Assembly: GCA_042568575.1 (NCBI GenBank)
Contig: JBHPIO010000005.1
Coordinates: forward strand, 1-64,000
Source: Patescibacteria group bacterium
GTDB taxonomy: Bacteria; Patescibacteriota; Gracilibacteria; UBA1369; PNNO01
Direction: 5' to 3'
DNA: 64,000 bases
Shown here: positions 26,433 to 34,859 of the stretch, in pieces
How the letters are laid out: the number at the start of each line of letters is the position of its first letter
How positions within the stretch are numbered: position 1 is the first letter of the stretch
Notes under the pieces: model-generated
Database searches by the model: none
Told to the model about the DNA's origin: nothing
Seen by the model: the letters and a program-made list of their open reading frames with translations, nothing else
Program-made: the position numbers and the translations under genes

Positions 26433-28350
26433 AGAAAAAATACAAACAGTTTCACTGAACGGACACCAACAGGAGGTAGTTTCGCATGTTAATGGTCCAC
26501 TTTTGATTGCCGCAGGTCCTGGAAGTGGAAAAACTAGGATGATTTCATGCCGTGCGGTACATATGATTGAAGAAAGGGATGTTGATCCATCGGAAATTCT
26601 TCTTATTACATTTACAAAGAGAGATGTACAGGAAATGAAGAAGCATGTAGAAGGTCCTTTTGTTAGTACTTTTCATTCACTTTGCCTACACATTTTAAGG
26701 CAGTATGCATTCAAGATCTCGATTTCGAAAAATTTTACTGTTTATGATCCTGCGGATCAGCTTCAAATAGTTCAAACAATTTTAAAAGATGCAAAACCGA
26801 AGTCGCTTCAGGATTTATTGAGTAGGATTTCACATTGTAAGAACAATTTAATTCTTCCTTCTGAGGCACCACTTGAGTTGCAGGAGCCATATAGGCAGTA
26901 TCAGGCTTTACTTAGGGAAGAAAACGCTTTGGATTTTGACGACCTAATTGTAAAAACAGTTCATCTTTTACGAAAACATCCGGAAGTTTTAAATGCACTT
27001 CCGTGGAAATATATTTCAGTTGATGAATATCAAGATACAAATCATGCGCAGTATGAATTAATTAAACTTCTTGCAAAGCGCGATAAGAATATTTGTGTGA
27101 TTGGTGATGCTGATCAAGCTATTTATGCATTTAACGGTGCAAATGTTCACAACTTTTTAAATTTTGGAAATGATTTTCTTGATGTAAAAGTGATTAGGCT
27201 AGAGCAGAATTATCGCAGTACGCCAGAAATTATTCATGGTGCACAGGAAGTGATTAAACAAAATGAAGATCGGATGCAGCAAACTACTTGGACTGCACAG
27301 GGAGAGGGGAATCCAATAACCATTTGTGAGGCCTGCGACGAACGTGCTGAAGTTGATTATATAATTAGGACAATTGAACTTTATATGGGTGGCATGTCGC
27401 CTAATCAGACTAAACAAAAATATTCTGATTTTGCCATTTTGTACAGAACTCATTTACAAAGCAAAGTTATTGAGGAAGCTTTTTTGAAATCTGGAATTCC
27501 TTATCAAATTATTGGTGTAGTGCCTTTATATGATCGTGTGGAAGTGAAAGATTTAATCGCTTACGTTCGTGTTATTAAAGATCCAAATGATAAAGCGTCG
27601 CTTCTTCGTATAATTAATAAACCTGTTCGTGGAATTGGAAAAGCTTGTGTTGAAGCGATTGCAAAGCATGCGAAAAATGAGGGCTTACCATTTTATCAGG
27701 CCTGCCAGGAAGTTGATGTCTTGCAATTAAAGGATGATCAAAAAAATGCCATAGCAAGATTTGTTACTTTAATAGAATCGCTTCGGTATGAAAGTACACA
27801 TGTGGCACTTTCCGATTTGCTTCGAAGTATTGTCGCAAAAATTCAACTTTTTGAATTATATAAAGATAAAAAACGTCAGGATCATATCCATGAAATAATT
27901 GGATATGCAGGCGCTTTCGATGATTTACCTCAGCATGAAAGATTAAAAGAGTTTATTCGGGAAGTTACTTTTATGAGTGATAAAGATATGTACGATGATA
28001 GCAAAGATGTGGTTACACTCCTTACGTTGCATGCATCAAAAGGACTTGAGTTTCCGATTGTTTTTGTTCCAGGAGTTGAAGAAAATCTTATCCCATATAA
28101 ATACGCTCAGAAGCAGGTAAATCTTCCAGAAGAAAGACGACTTTTTTATGTTGGAATGACACGTGCAATGAAAGAACTTCATTTATTACATACAAAAGAG
28201 CGGGATTTTTTTGGAGAAGAGCTTATACCTCAAAAATCGAGGTTTATTGAAGATATTCCAAACGAAATTATCAGAAATAAAGAGCATGTACTTAAAAAGC
28301 ATGTTAAAAAAACTGATGAAGATGATAAATCTCAGTTAAATCTTTTTTAA
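26422..28350 (+). CDS. UvrD/PcrA-family SF1 DNA helicase
   Basis: AGPGSGKT, STFHSLC, VDEYQDTN, IGDADQAIYAF, NYRS, TLHASKGLEF, EERRLFYVGMTRA. Confidence 0.93.
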   Translation: MKVEEKIQTVSLNGHQQEVVSHVNGPLLIAAGPGSGKTRMISCRAVHMIEERDVDPSEILLITFTKRDVQEMKKHVEGPFVSTFHSLCLHILRQYAFKISISKNFTVYDPADQLQIVQTILKDAKPKSLQDLLSRISHCKNNLILPSEAPLELQEPYRQYQALLREENALDFDDLIVKTVHLLRKHPEVLNALPWKYISVDEYQDTNHAQYELIKLLAKRDKNICVIGDADQAIYAFNGANVHNFLNFGNDFLDVKVIRLEQNYRSTPEIIHGAQEVIKQNEDRMQQTTWTAQGEGNPITICEACDERAEVDYIIRTIELYMGGMSPNQTKQKYSDFAILYRTHLQSKVIEEAFLKSGIPYQIIGVVPLYDRVEVKDLIAYVRVIKDPNDKASLLRIINKPVRGIGKACVEAIAKHAKNEGLPFYQACQEVDVLQLKDDQKNAIARFVTLIESLRYESTHVALSDLLRSIVAKIQLFELYKDKKRQDHIHEIIGYAGAFDDLPQHERLKEFIREVTFMSDKDMYDDSKDVVTLLTLHASKGLEFPIVFVPGVEENLIPYKYAQKQVNLPEERRLFYVGMTRAMKELHLLHTKERDFFGEELIPQKSRFIEDIPNEIIRNKEHVLKKHVKKTDEDDKSQLNLF

Positions 28351-29361
28351 TCCTTCGAATCTAACTATTTCTAGGCTTTTTTGTTCGCCAAGAATTTCTT
28401 TTGCAAGTGGATCATTGTAATCACTGTCGTAAACAACTTTTGTAATTCCTGAATTAATGATCATTTTTGTGCAGATTGTGCATGGATGTGTATTGCAATA
28501 AAGTGTACTTCCTTCGATGTTTATCCCAAATTTAGCAGCTTGAGTAATCGCATTCTGCTCTGCATGCGTTCCACGACAGATTTCATGACGTTGTCCTGAA
28601 GGAATTCCTAATTTTTCACGTAAACATCCACCAAGTTGTTTGCAATGTTTTAATCCTTTAGGGGCGCCGTTGTATCCGGCAGTTAATTGTTGACTGTCTT
28701 TTGCAATAACTGAACCAACTTTTCTTCGTAGGCAAGTTGAACGCTCAGCCCATTGATATGAAATTCCCATAAATACTTCATCGAAGTTTGGTCTTTCTTC
28801 TCCCTTAATTAATCCAATAAAATGGCTGATTTTTTTCTCGAGATCTTTTTTTGAACCTTCATTTAGTATTAAAAAGTTTGCATCATCAATTGTTTTAGCA
28901 ACTTGTTGCCCGTCCGCAGGCTGACCTTTACCTTTTTCAATATCAAGCTTTGCAAGAACATCTTTTTTTGCAAGGGTGTCACCTTTTCTTTTGCGAGATA
29001 AAATCCTTTTCACAATAGTTTCAGGATTTGAAGTAATTCCAGCTAAATAAAAGCCTTCAAGCTTTCTAAGTTCTGCTGTCTCAAGCGGATTTCTGATTCC
29101 ATCAATTACCCAGTTTTTTTTCGGATCTTTTTGAATTTTCTCTACAACTTTCTTTGAAAAATATGGCCCCCCATGTTTTTTTCGGAGTTCGTTTCCAATC
29201 TTTTGTAAATTCTCGCGTGTATGTTCAAGTTTTCTGGAAGTTGCTTCTTCACGAACGACATCTGAGAGGGAACAATACTTAAACCCTTTCTTTTTTAAGA
29301 TATCCGCAAGCACTCCTTTTCCGGTTGCCATAAAACCAGTCAGTCCGATATGCATAGTCAT
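28336..29361 (-). CDS. P-loop nucleotide-kinase-like domain fused to dCMP deaminase
   Basis: N-terminal GLTGFMATGKG...IDGIRN. C-terminal RSTCLRRKVG, GYNG, HAEQNAI and PCTIC. Confidence 0.9.
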   Translation of the reverse strand: MTMHIGLTGFMATGKGVLADILKKKGFKYCSLSDVVREEATSRKLEHTRENLQKIGNELRKKHGGPYFSKKVVEKIQKDPKKNWVIDGIRNPLETAELRKLEGFYLAGITSNPETIVKRILSRKRKGDTLAKKDVLAKLDIEKGKGQPADGQQVAKTIDDANFLILNEGSKKDLEKKISHFIGLIKGEERPNFDEVFMGISYQWAERSTCLRRKVGSVIAKDSQQLTAGYNGAPKGLKHCKQLGGCLREKLGIPSGQRHEICRGTHAEQNAITQAAKFGINIEGSTLYCNTHPCTICTKMIINSGITKVVYDSDYNDPLAKEILGEQKSLEIVRFEGLKKI

Positions 29362-29396
29362 ACAAGTTAGAAAAGCAGACTTAGTTTAGTACGATA

Positions 29397-30560
29397 TTAA
29401 GCTTTCTGCAATGTTCGTTTTTGCAAGTAATAAAGAAGCAGGAACGAGCAGAGAGTCGTAATTCCTGTTACAAAAAGCGGGACGTGATAGCCGAAGTGTT
29501 CCCCAATAGGTCCAAAAATAAACGCGGAAACCGAAGTTCCTAAAATTGAAGTAAAAGTTATGAAGCTAGCATTTCCTCCAATGCGCTCGATCTTGAAAAT
29601 TCGAACGATTCCATAGAAAATACTAAAAATCATCGCGCCGTCACCCCATTCATGAAAACTTCTAGCGATGAATGCTAATATTACATCTTGTTGAAGTGCA
29701 AAAATTATGTGTCCAATTCCGGAAACAATAAGTCCAATATAAAAAACATATTTTGGATCAAAACCTTTTGCGATTTTTCTACTATAATAAAGTACACTTA
29801 ATGCTAAAAAGATAATTGCTCCTCCGACGAATATCCCAATTTGTCCTATATCTAGGGCAAAATTTGTTTTTAAGAAAAGCGAGTATGAAGTTGCTTCTGC
29901 TCCATAATGTAGGCTGAAAAGAAACACAACTACAATAAACATTAATACTTCTTTTCGAAAAATATCTTTCTTATATTCAAAAAGTTTAAATTTAAAAGTA
30001 TGAGTAATTGGGAGAAATAATGCTGCGAATCCGGTAATAATAAGCATTATAATAATTACTTTCAAAGTGTTTTCAAATCCGTATGAATTAATTACATTCC
30101 CACCAATCATAAAGCCGACAATTTCTGCAAAAACAGCATAACCAACATATTTTCCAAGTTGGGTTGGCATTTTTTTCCTATTTAAAGTTCGATATGCAAG
30201 AGAATCAATTGATACGTTAAATAAGTTTCTTCCAAGTCCTCCGCAAATGAAAGCAAAAGCCAGAATTATCGCATTAGTTGTCGTAAGAAGTCCAACATAA
30301 TAGAGGGCACTAAAAATTAATGCGTACAAAATCATCTTTTTTGACCTTAAGCGATCGTTTGCAATACCTGCAGGTAGAGCAGTGATAATTGCCATAAAAT
30401 TGGCGATACCTATAAAAAGTCCAATATGATATCCACTAAAACCCTGTTTCACTAAGAAAATCGGAACAAACACCCAAAACAGACTGTATATGAAACCATA
30501 TATCGCTTTTACGCTTGTTGGAAGGATGAGTGGATTTTTCTTCGTAACTTTCTTAAACAT
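29397..30560 (-). CDS. MFS transporter
   Basis: About 12 hydrophobic helices and motif-A-like 'GIANDRLRSK'. Confidence 0.85.
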   Translation of the reverse strand: MFKKVTKKNPLILPTSVKAIYGFIYSLFWVFVPIFLVKQGFSGYHIGLFIGIANFMAIITALPAGIANDRLRSKKMILYALIFSALYYVGLLTTTNAIILAFAFICGGLGRNLFNVSIDSLAYRTLNRKKMPTQLGKYVGYAVFAEIVGFMIGGNVINSYGFENTLKVIIIMLIITGFAALFLPITHTFKFKLFEYKKDIFRKEVLMFIVVVFLFSLHYGAEATSYSLFLKTNFALDIGQIGIFVGGAIIFLALSVLYYSRKIAKGFDPKYVFYIGLIVSGIGHIIFALQQDVILAFIARSFHEWGDGAMIFSIFYGIVRIFKIERIGGNASFITFTSILGTSVSAFIFGPIGEHFGYHVPLFVTGITTLCSFLLLYYLQKRTLQKA

Positions 30561-30653
30561 AATGAGTTTTACTTATTTGAGCGCATTTATCACTTTACAC
30601 TTTCCTCAAAACGCATACAATAAGAACGCGCGAAAATATCTAAATATCACAAT

Positions 30654-31829
30654 ATGAACAACATGAAAAAATTTCTTGCAGCTTTAGTACTTTTTGGAAC
30701 ATTTTTTGGAATGTCATCAGTTGCATTTGCTGGAGACCCGAATTTTCAATTGGAACCAGTTTTATTTGAACCGATTCAGCCGATTGAATCGATTATTCCA
30801 ATAGAACCTATAGAACCACTTGTTCCGATAGATCCCGATGATCCTTATACTGACGATCCTGCTCTTGAGGTATTTTTGAATGGAGAACACTTGGAAGATG
30901 GAAGAGTTGCGTTGAACTGGGAACGATATGATGGACCTGATTTCCTTCACTATAAAGTTGTTCATGATCAGTTTGATTCGGAACCTTACTATCCTGAACA
31001 TGGATTTGTAGATTATTTTGAAAATCAGAATAAAACTGGGATGGTTAGTCCAGAAGCGCTTCCTGTAGGGGATAACTATATTAGGATTTGTGTGATTACT
31101 ACTGATGATAGAAGAGGTTGTGGAAATACTTTGTATTTTTATCAAGAAGAAATGGCGTTTGAAGAAGAACCATTTGAACCGGAACGTGATTTTGAACCTG
31201 AAGAAGATAGGCCAACACGAGAAGAATTATTGGAAGAAGAATTGCGTGCGGAAAGAGAAGCACGTGCTGAGATTGAAAAAGCTAATAATAAAAATGAGTC
31301 ACCTGGTCTTTTAAAGAAATTATTCAAATTGATTACTGATAATGCGGGATTAGTTATAACACTTCTTGCTCTTGTTGTTGCAGCTTCAGGATTTACTTTT
31401 GCAGCAAAAAGAAAGCAACGTTCAATATCAAAATATATTAATCAAATTGACGATACTTATTCAGAATACAAGATGAAGGCAAAGCGTTGTGAAGCTGAAT
31501 TATATCGTTTGCGAGATATTGTTGATGATGAACTAAAAAATGGAAAATTAGATGATAGTGCTTATGGACTTTTGATGCAGAGAATTGAAAATTACATGGT
31601 GGATATTCAGAAGCAGATTGTTAATGAAAAGTTTGGAGGACTTCCAGCGAGCATGAAAGATGAGATGTTTAAAATGATGGAAGACGGAGAAATTACGGAA
31701 AAAGAGTTTGAAGCTATGCAGACATTGATTAAGCGTTCTGAGCTATCAAGTAGCGATCAAGACAGTCTTCTTCAGACAATTAAAGAATTCAAGCATCAGG
31801 ATGAAATGCTTAAAAAGAAGAAGAAATAA
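30654..31829 (+). CDS. Single-pass membrane protein: signal peptide, Pro-rich linker, FN3-like domain, TM, helical cytoplasmic domain
   Basis: AFA signal, EP/IP repeats, 'VALNWERY..DF.HYKVV', TM near residue 235 and a charged C-terminus. Confidence 0.7.
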   Translation: MNNMKKFLAALVLFGTFFGMSSVAFAGDPNFQLEPVLFEPIQPIESIIPIEPIEPLVPIDPDDPYTDDPALEVFLNGEHLEDGRVALNWERYDGPDFLHYKVVHDQFDSEPYYPEHGFVDYFENQNKTGMVSPEALPVGDNYIRICVITTDDRRGCGNTLYFYQEEMAFEEEPFEPERDFEPEEDRPTREELLEEELRAEREARAEIEKANNKNESPGLLKKLFKLITDNAGLVITLLALVVAASGFTFAAKRKQRSISKYINQIDDTYSEYKMKAKRCEAELYRLRDIVDDELKNGKLDDSAYGLLMQRIENYMVDIQKQIVNEKFGGLPASMKDEMFKMMEDGEITEKEFEAMQTLIKRSELSSSDQDSLLQTIKEFKHQDEMLKKKKK

Positions 31830-32321
31830 TTAGTTTATAAACAGAGTTATTCCTGTTAGTACTGCCGCGAAACATACCCAGGCAAGGTATGGAATGAGCA
31901 AGTATGAGGCGACTTTGGATATTTTGTGCGTGCACCAAATTAGAAGAATAATTGATGCGATAAGAATTGGAAGTTCCAAGAATGCTAGTAAAATATTTTT
32001 CATTCCGAAGTATAGGAGCGAGTAAAGCATATTGAGTGCTGCATTTACTACAAAAAGTCCAATAGCAAGATTGCATCTCTTTTTCTTTTTGCGCTGTTGG
32101 TTTAATACAATAATTGCAGATGCAGCTATCATTATAAAAAGAATTGACCATATTGGGTAAAACACCCAGCCTGGTGGTTGGCATATTGGTTTATTTAGAT
32201 TACGTGCCCATTGAATGTTTTGTTCGCTGACAAGTGCAGAAAATAGCCAAACCATCACTGCAATTAGAATGACAATTACAGCGTAAAAGGTATTTTTTAA
32301 TGTGATGTGCGCTTTGTTCAT
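31830..32321 (-). CDS. tspO: TspO/MBR tryptophan-rich sensory protein
   Basis: 'WARNLNKP..QPPGWVFYPIWSILF' and 'LLIPYLAWVCFA'. Confidence 0.9.
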   Translation of the reverse strand: MNKAHITLKNTFYAVIVILIAVMVWLFSALVSEQNIQWARNLNKPICQPPGWVFYPIWSILFIMIAASAIIVLNQQRKKKKRCNLAIGLFVVNAALNMLYSLLYFGMKNILLAFLELPILIASIILLIWCTHKISKVASYLLIPYLAWVCFAAVLTGITLFIN

Positions 32322-32324
32322 AAG

Positions 32325-32783
32325 TTAGCAGGTCATATGCTCCCCACTACATGTGTTATATCCGTGTGCGCTCCATTGCTTGATTCCTCCAGCCATACTC
32401 TTAACATTTGAGTAGCCGAGTTTTGTTAATATATTAAATGCTTCCATACTTCTTCTGCCAGATCTGCAATAAACAATTATTTCGTCGTCTTTATCAAATT
32501 GTGTATTGGCAGCCAAATCGTCTTCGAGAGTTTGCAAAGGCATTAAAATTGCATCACTAAGGTGATACTCTTCATACTCTTCTGGAGTTCGGACGTCCAA
32601 AAGTACAACAATCTCTTTGTTTTCCACTCTTTCGTATGTTTGAATTGCTGAAATTTCTTCATCGATCACGTTGGCGGTTGTTAAGTCTTCTGTTTGAGCA
32701 GTTTCTGCATTTTGACACCCCGAAAAATTTATAAAAATTAAACTGCAAATTACGAGTGTAAGGATTATTTTCGGTAAACGCAT
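32325..32783 (-). CDS. Rhodanese-like domain lipoprotein
   Basis: Lipobox-like FSGC, LLDVRTPEEY..HL, YCRSGRRS, GGIKQW. Confidence 0.88.
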   Translation of the reverse strand: MRLPKIILTLVICSLIFINFSGCQNAETAQTEDLTTANVIDEEISAIQTYERVENKEIVVLLDVRTPEEYEEYHLSDAILMPLQTLEDDLAANTQFDKDDEIIVYCRSGRRSMEAFNILTKLGYSNVKSMAGGIKQWSAHGYNTCSGEHMTC

Positions 32784-32862
32784 GTCATTATTGTTAATGC
32801 CATCTATTACCTTATAATTTTTTGCCTTTTATGGCAAGGAGGTTTTGTTTTTGAGAGGGGAT

Positions 32863-33505
32863 TGCAACCGGATGAGGGTCGCATGAAGGGGTGGAACTAC
32901 GTTGGTTCTGGCTAGAGTACGTAAATTGTCCAGCCTTTCCAACTGGCTTGGTATGGAAGTTCATTCTGGACGTGCTTGTACCAGTCGATGGCTAGCTTTG
33001 CTACTACAATGAATTTTCGCTGGAGCTTATCTAGCCTGCCATGTACTCTGAGGAGTCTCTTGTTGAACTTTATTGCACTTTCCATTGCTGCTTTACTCGC
33101 ATGGAATTCTCTATATTTGTTTTGCACGAGCAAAGCAAATACTTCTTTCCCGACTTTTTTCCGATTCGCTCCTCTTTTAATTGCAGCTCGGCCATCTTTC
33201 AATATGGCCAACTCTCGTTCCAAACTATCAAGCTTGATATTCAGCATGTCGAGATTGGCATGCTCCATCGGTTTGGGATTGAACTCCTTGATGGCTTTCA
33301 GCTTCGACTGGAGCTTGCCCATACGAGCGCTGTAGCCCGTGGCTTCCTCTTCAAGCGAAGAGAAGTTATCCAAGCCTTTGCGCATGAGCTTATACCTCTG
33401 CTCATCGACTTTCTTGGACTTGCACCCTGCACCGAGAAGAATCGCCATGAACGAAACAACAAAAATTCTCCAGATCATTGGTCCCTCCGTTTTCATCCGG
33501 TCGCA
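32863..33505. repeat. 13-bp inverted repeat pair flanking the orphan lipoprotein gene (32863-32875 and 33493-33505)
   Basis: TGCAACCGGATGA versus TCATCCGGTCGCA: 12/13 complementary, and the mismatch is a G-U pair in the minus-strand RNA. Confidence 0.7.
32912..33478 (-). CDS. Orphan basic helical lipoprotein on a GC-rich cassette
   Basis: Start reassigned to MIWRIFVVSFMAILLGAGC (lipobox), preceded by GGAGG. The ORF-track extension runs through ssb in another frame. Confidence 0.65.
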   Translation of the reverse strand: MIWRIFVVSFMAILLGAGCKSKKVDEQRYKLMRKGLDNFSSLEEEATGYSARMGKLQSKLKAIKEFNPKPMEHANLDMLNIKLDSLERELAILKDGRAAIKRGANRKKVGKEVFALLVQNKYREFHASKAAMESAIKFNKRLLRVHGRLDKLQRKFIVVAKLAIDWYKHVQNELPYQASWKGWTIYVL

Positions 33506-33563
33506 TTTCAATGAACTCCACAACGGAGTCCACAAAATAGACCCGTTATGGTTGTTTAATTGA

Positions 33564-33592
33564 ATTAAAGCGCATATTTGTGAATATGTCAA
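33564..33592 (-). promoter_or_regulatory. Sigma70-type promoter of the orphan lipoprotein
   Basis: TTGACA-17 bp-TTTAAT on the minus strand just downstream of ssb. Confidence 0.6.
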
Positions 33593-33605
33593 CCAGGATG
33601 TAGAT

Positions 33606-34112
33606 TTAGAACGGAAGATCATCGATACTAACATCTTCTTCTTTAGCTGGCGCAGCTTGTGCAACAGCAGGTGTTGCTTCTGTTTCAGCTGTAGGAGCAG
33701 GTGCTTGATCAATTCCAGCGTGAGGGGCTTGTGCAGCAGCAGCAGCCATTGGTGCAGCCATTGCAGCAGGAGCATCGCCTTTTCTATCTAACATTATCAT
33801 GTTGTCAGCAACGATTTCAGTTCGATAACGTTTACTTCCATCTTCAGCTTCCCAGCTTCGTGTTTGAAGTTTTCCTTCAATAAAAACTTTACTTCCTTTT
33901 TTTAGATATTGTCCGCAAATTTCTGCAAGTTTTCTCCATGCAACAATATTGTGGAATTCAACTTTCTCTTGTTTCTGACCACTTTGATCAGTCCATGTTA
34001 AGTTTGTTGCGATACCAAAACTGGTAACAACTTGTCCTCCTGGAATTTGTTTCATTTCCGGGTCGCGCGTAACGTTTCCGATGATTTGCGCTCTGTTTAG
34101 TGACATTGCCAT
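33606..34112 (-). CDS. ssb: Single-stranded DNA-binding protein
   Basis: LNRAQIIGNVTRDPE, EFHNIVAW, IEGKLQTRSW and C-terminal DDLPF. Confidence 0.97.
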   Translation of the reverse strand: MAMSLNRAQIIGNVTRDPEMKQIPGGQVVTSFGIATNLTWTDQSGQKQEKVEFHNIVAWRKLAEICGQYLKKGSKVFIEGKLQTRSWEAEDGSKRYRTEIVADNMIMLDRKGDAPAAMAAPMAAAAAQAPHAGIDQAPAPTAETEATPAVAQAAPAKEEDVSIDDLPF

Positions 34113-34130
34113 GTATATGGGATTAATTAT

Positions 34131-34622
34131 TTATAAATTGATATCTTTATTCATTGCGGTTACACCTGTGCGTACCATTTCAATGATTCCGAATGGTTTA
34201 ATTAGATCAAGAAAGGAGTTTATCTTATCACGTTCTCCCGATGCAAGCATCATAATTTGTTTTTTTTCTACGTGAACGATTTTTGCCTTAAATAAATCAG
34301 CGATTTGTTGTATGTCTCCGCGCTTTTTCATGTCCGCCTTAACTTTAACCATTACAACTTCCGCGGCAAGAATATTGTCGTGAGTTACATCACGCACTTT
34401 AATAACAGGAACAATCTTATAAAGTTGCTTCATAACCTGTTCAACATCTGTATCGCCTGTATTCACAACAATAGTAATGCGGGTAATACCCTTTTTTTCG
34501 GTATAACCTGCGGAAATACTTTCAATATTGAATCGTCTCCTGCGGAATAGTGAGCTAATCCGGTTCAAAACACCCGGTTCGTTCTCTACAATCGCAACTA
34601 ATATATGCTGATGATTTTTCAT
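34131..34622 (-). CDS. ilvN: Acetolactate synthase small (regulatory) subunit
   Basis: VENEPGVLNRISSLFRRRRFNIESI, EQVMKQLYK and C-terminal 'FGIIEMVRTG'. Confidence 0.92.
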   Translation of the reverse strand: MKNHQHILVAIVENEPGVLNRISSLFRRRRFNIESISAGYTEKKGITRITIVVNTGDTDVEQVMKQLYKIVPVIKVRDVTHDNILAAEVVMVKVKADMKKRGDIQQIADLFKAKIVHVEKKQIMMLASGERDKINSFLDLIKPFGIIEMVRTGVTAMNKDINL

Positions 34623-34685
34623 GCATTTAAATTAACTTTCGTACGAGAAGTTTACTATATGAATAGCTTTAGTGGAATAGATTTT

Positions 34686-34859
34686 TTAGCAGCCTCCGGG
34701 ATTGATTTCTCCAATAAATTCTATCGGTTCTCGCGTAAGGTACATATGGTGTAAATAACCAAAAAAGTATCCAAAAATGAGGGAAATGAGTATACTAAGA
34801 CCCGCGATAGTGATTTTTATTAATTTTTCGCGCGTAATTTCAATCGGTTTTATATGCAT
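34686..34859 (-). CDS. Possible 57-aa membrane peptide or truncated gene (absent from the ORF track)
   Basis: Translates as MHIKPIEITREKLIKITIAGLSILISLIFGYFFGYLHHMYLTREPIEFIGEINPGGC*. It has one TM helix and fills the gap. Confidence 0.4.
   Translation of the reverse strand: MHIKPIEITREKLIKITIAGLSILISLIFGYFFGYLHHMYLTREPIEFIGEINPGGC

Noticed and set aside
32863-33505. Retron a1/a2 repeats or IS terminal repeats
   Set aside because: There is no reverse transcriptase or transposase and no clear target-site duplication. Kept only as a UTR-pairing observation.
33479-33775. 287-aa version of the orphan ORF
   Set aside because: The extension is an alternate-frame read through ssb. Promoter, SD and lipobox point to 33478.
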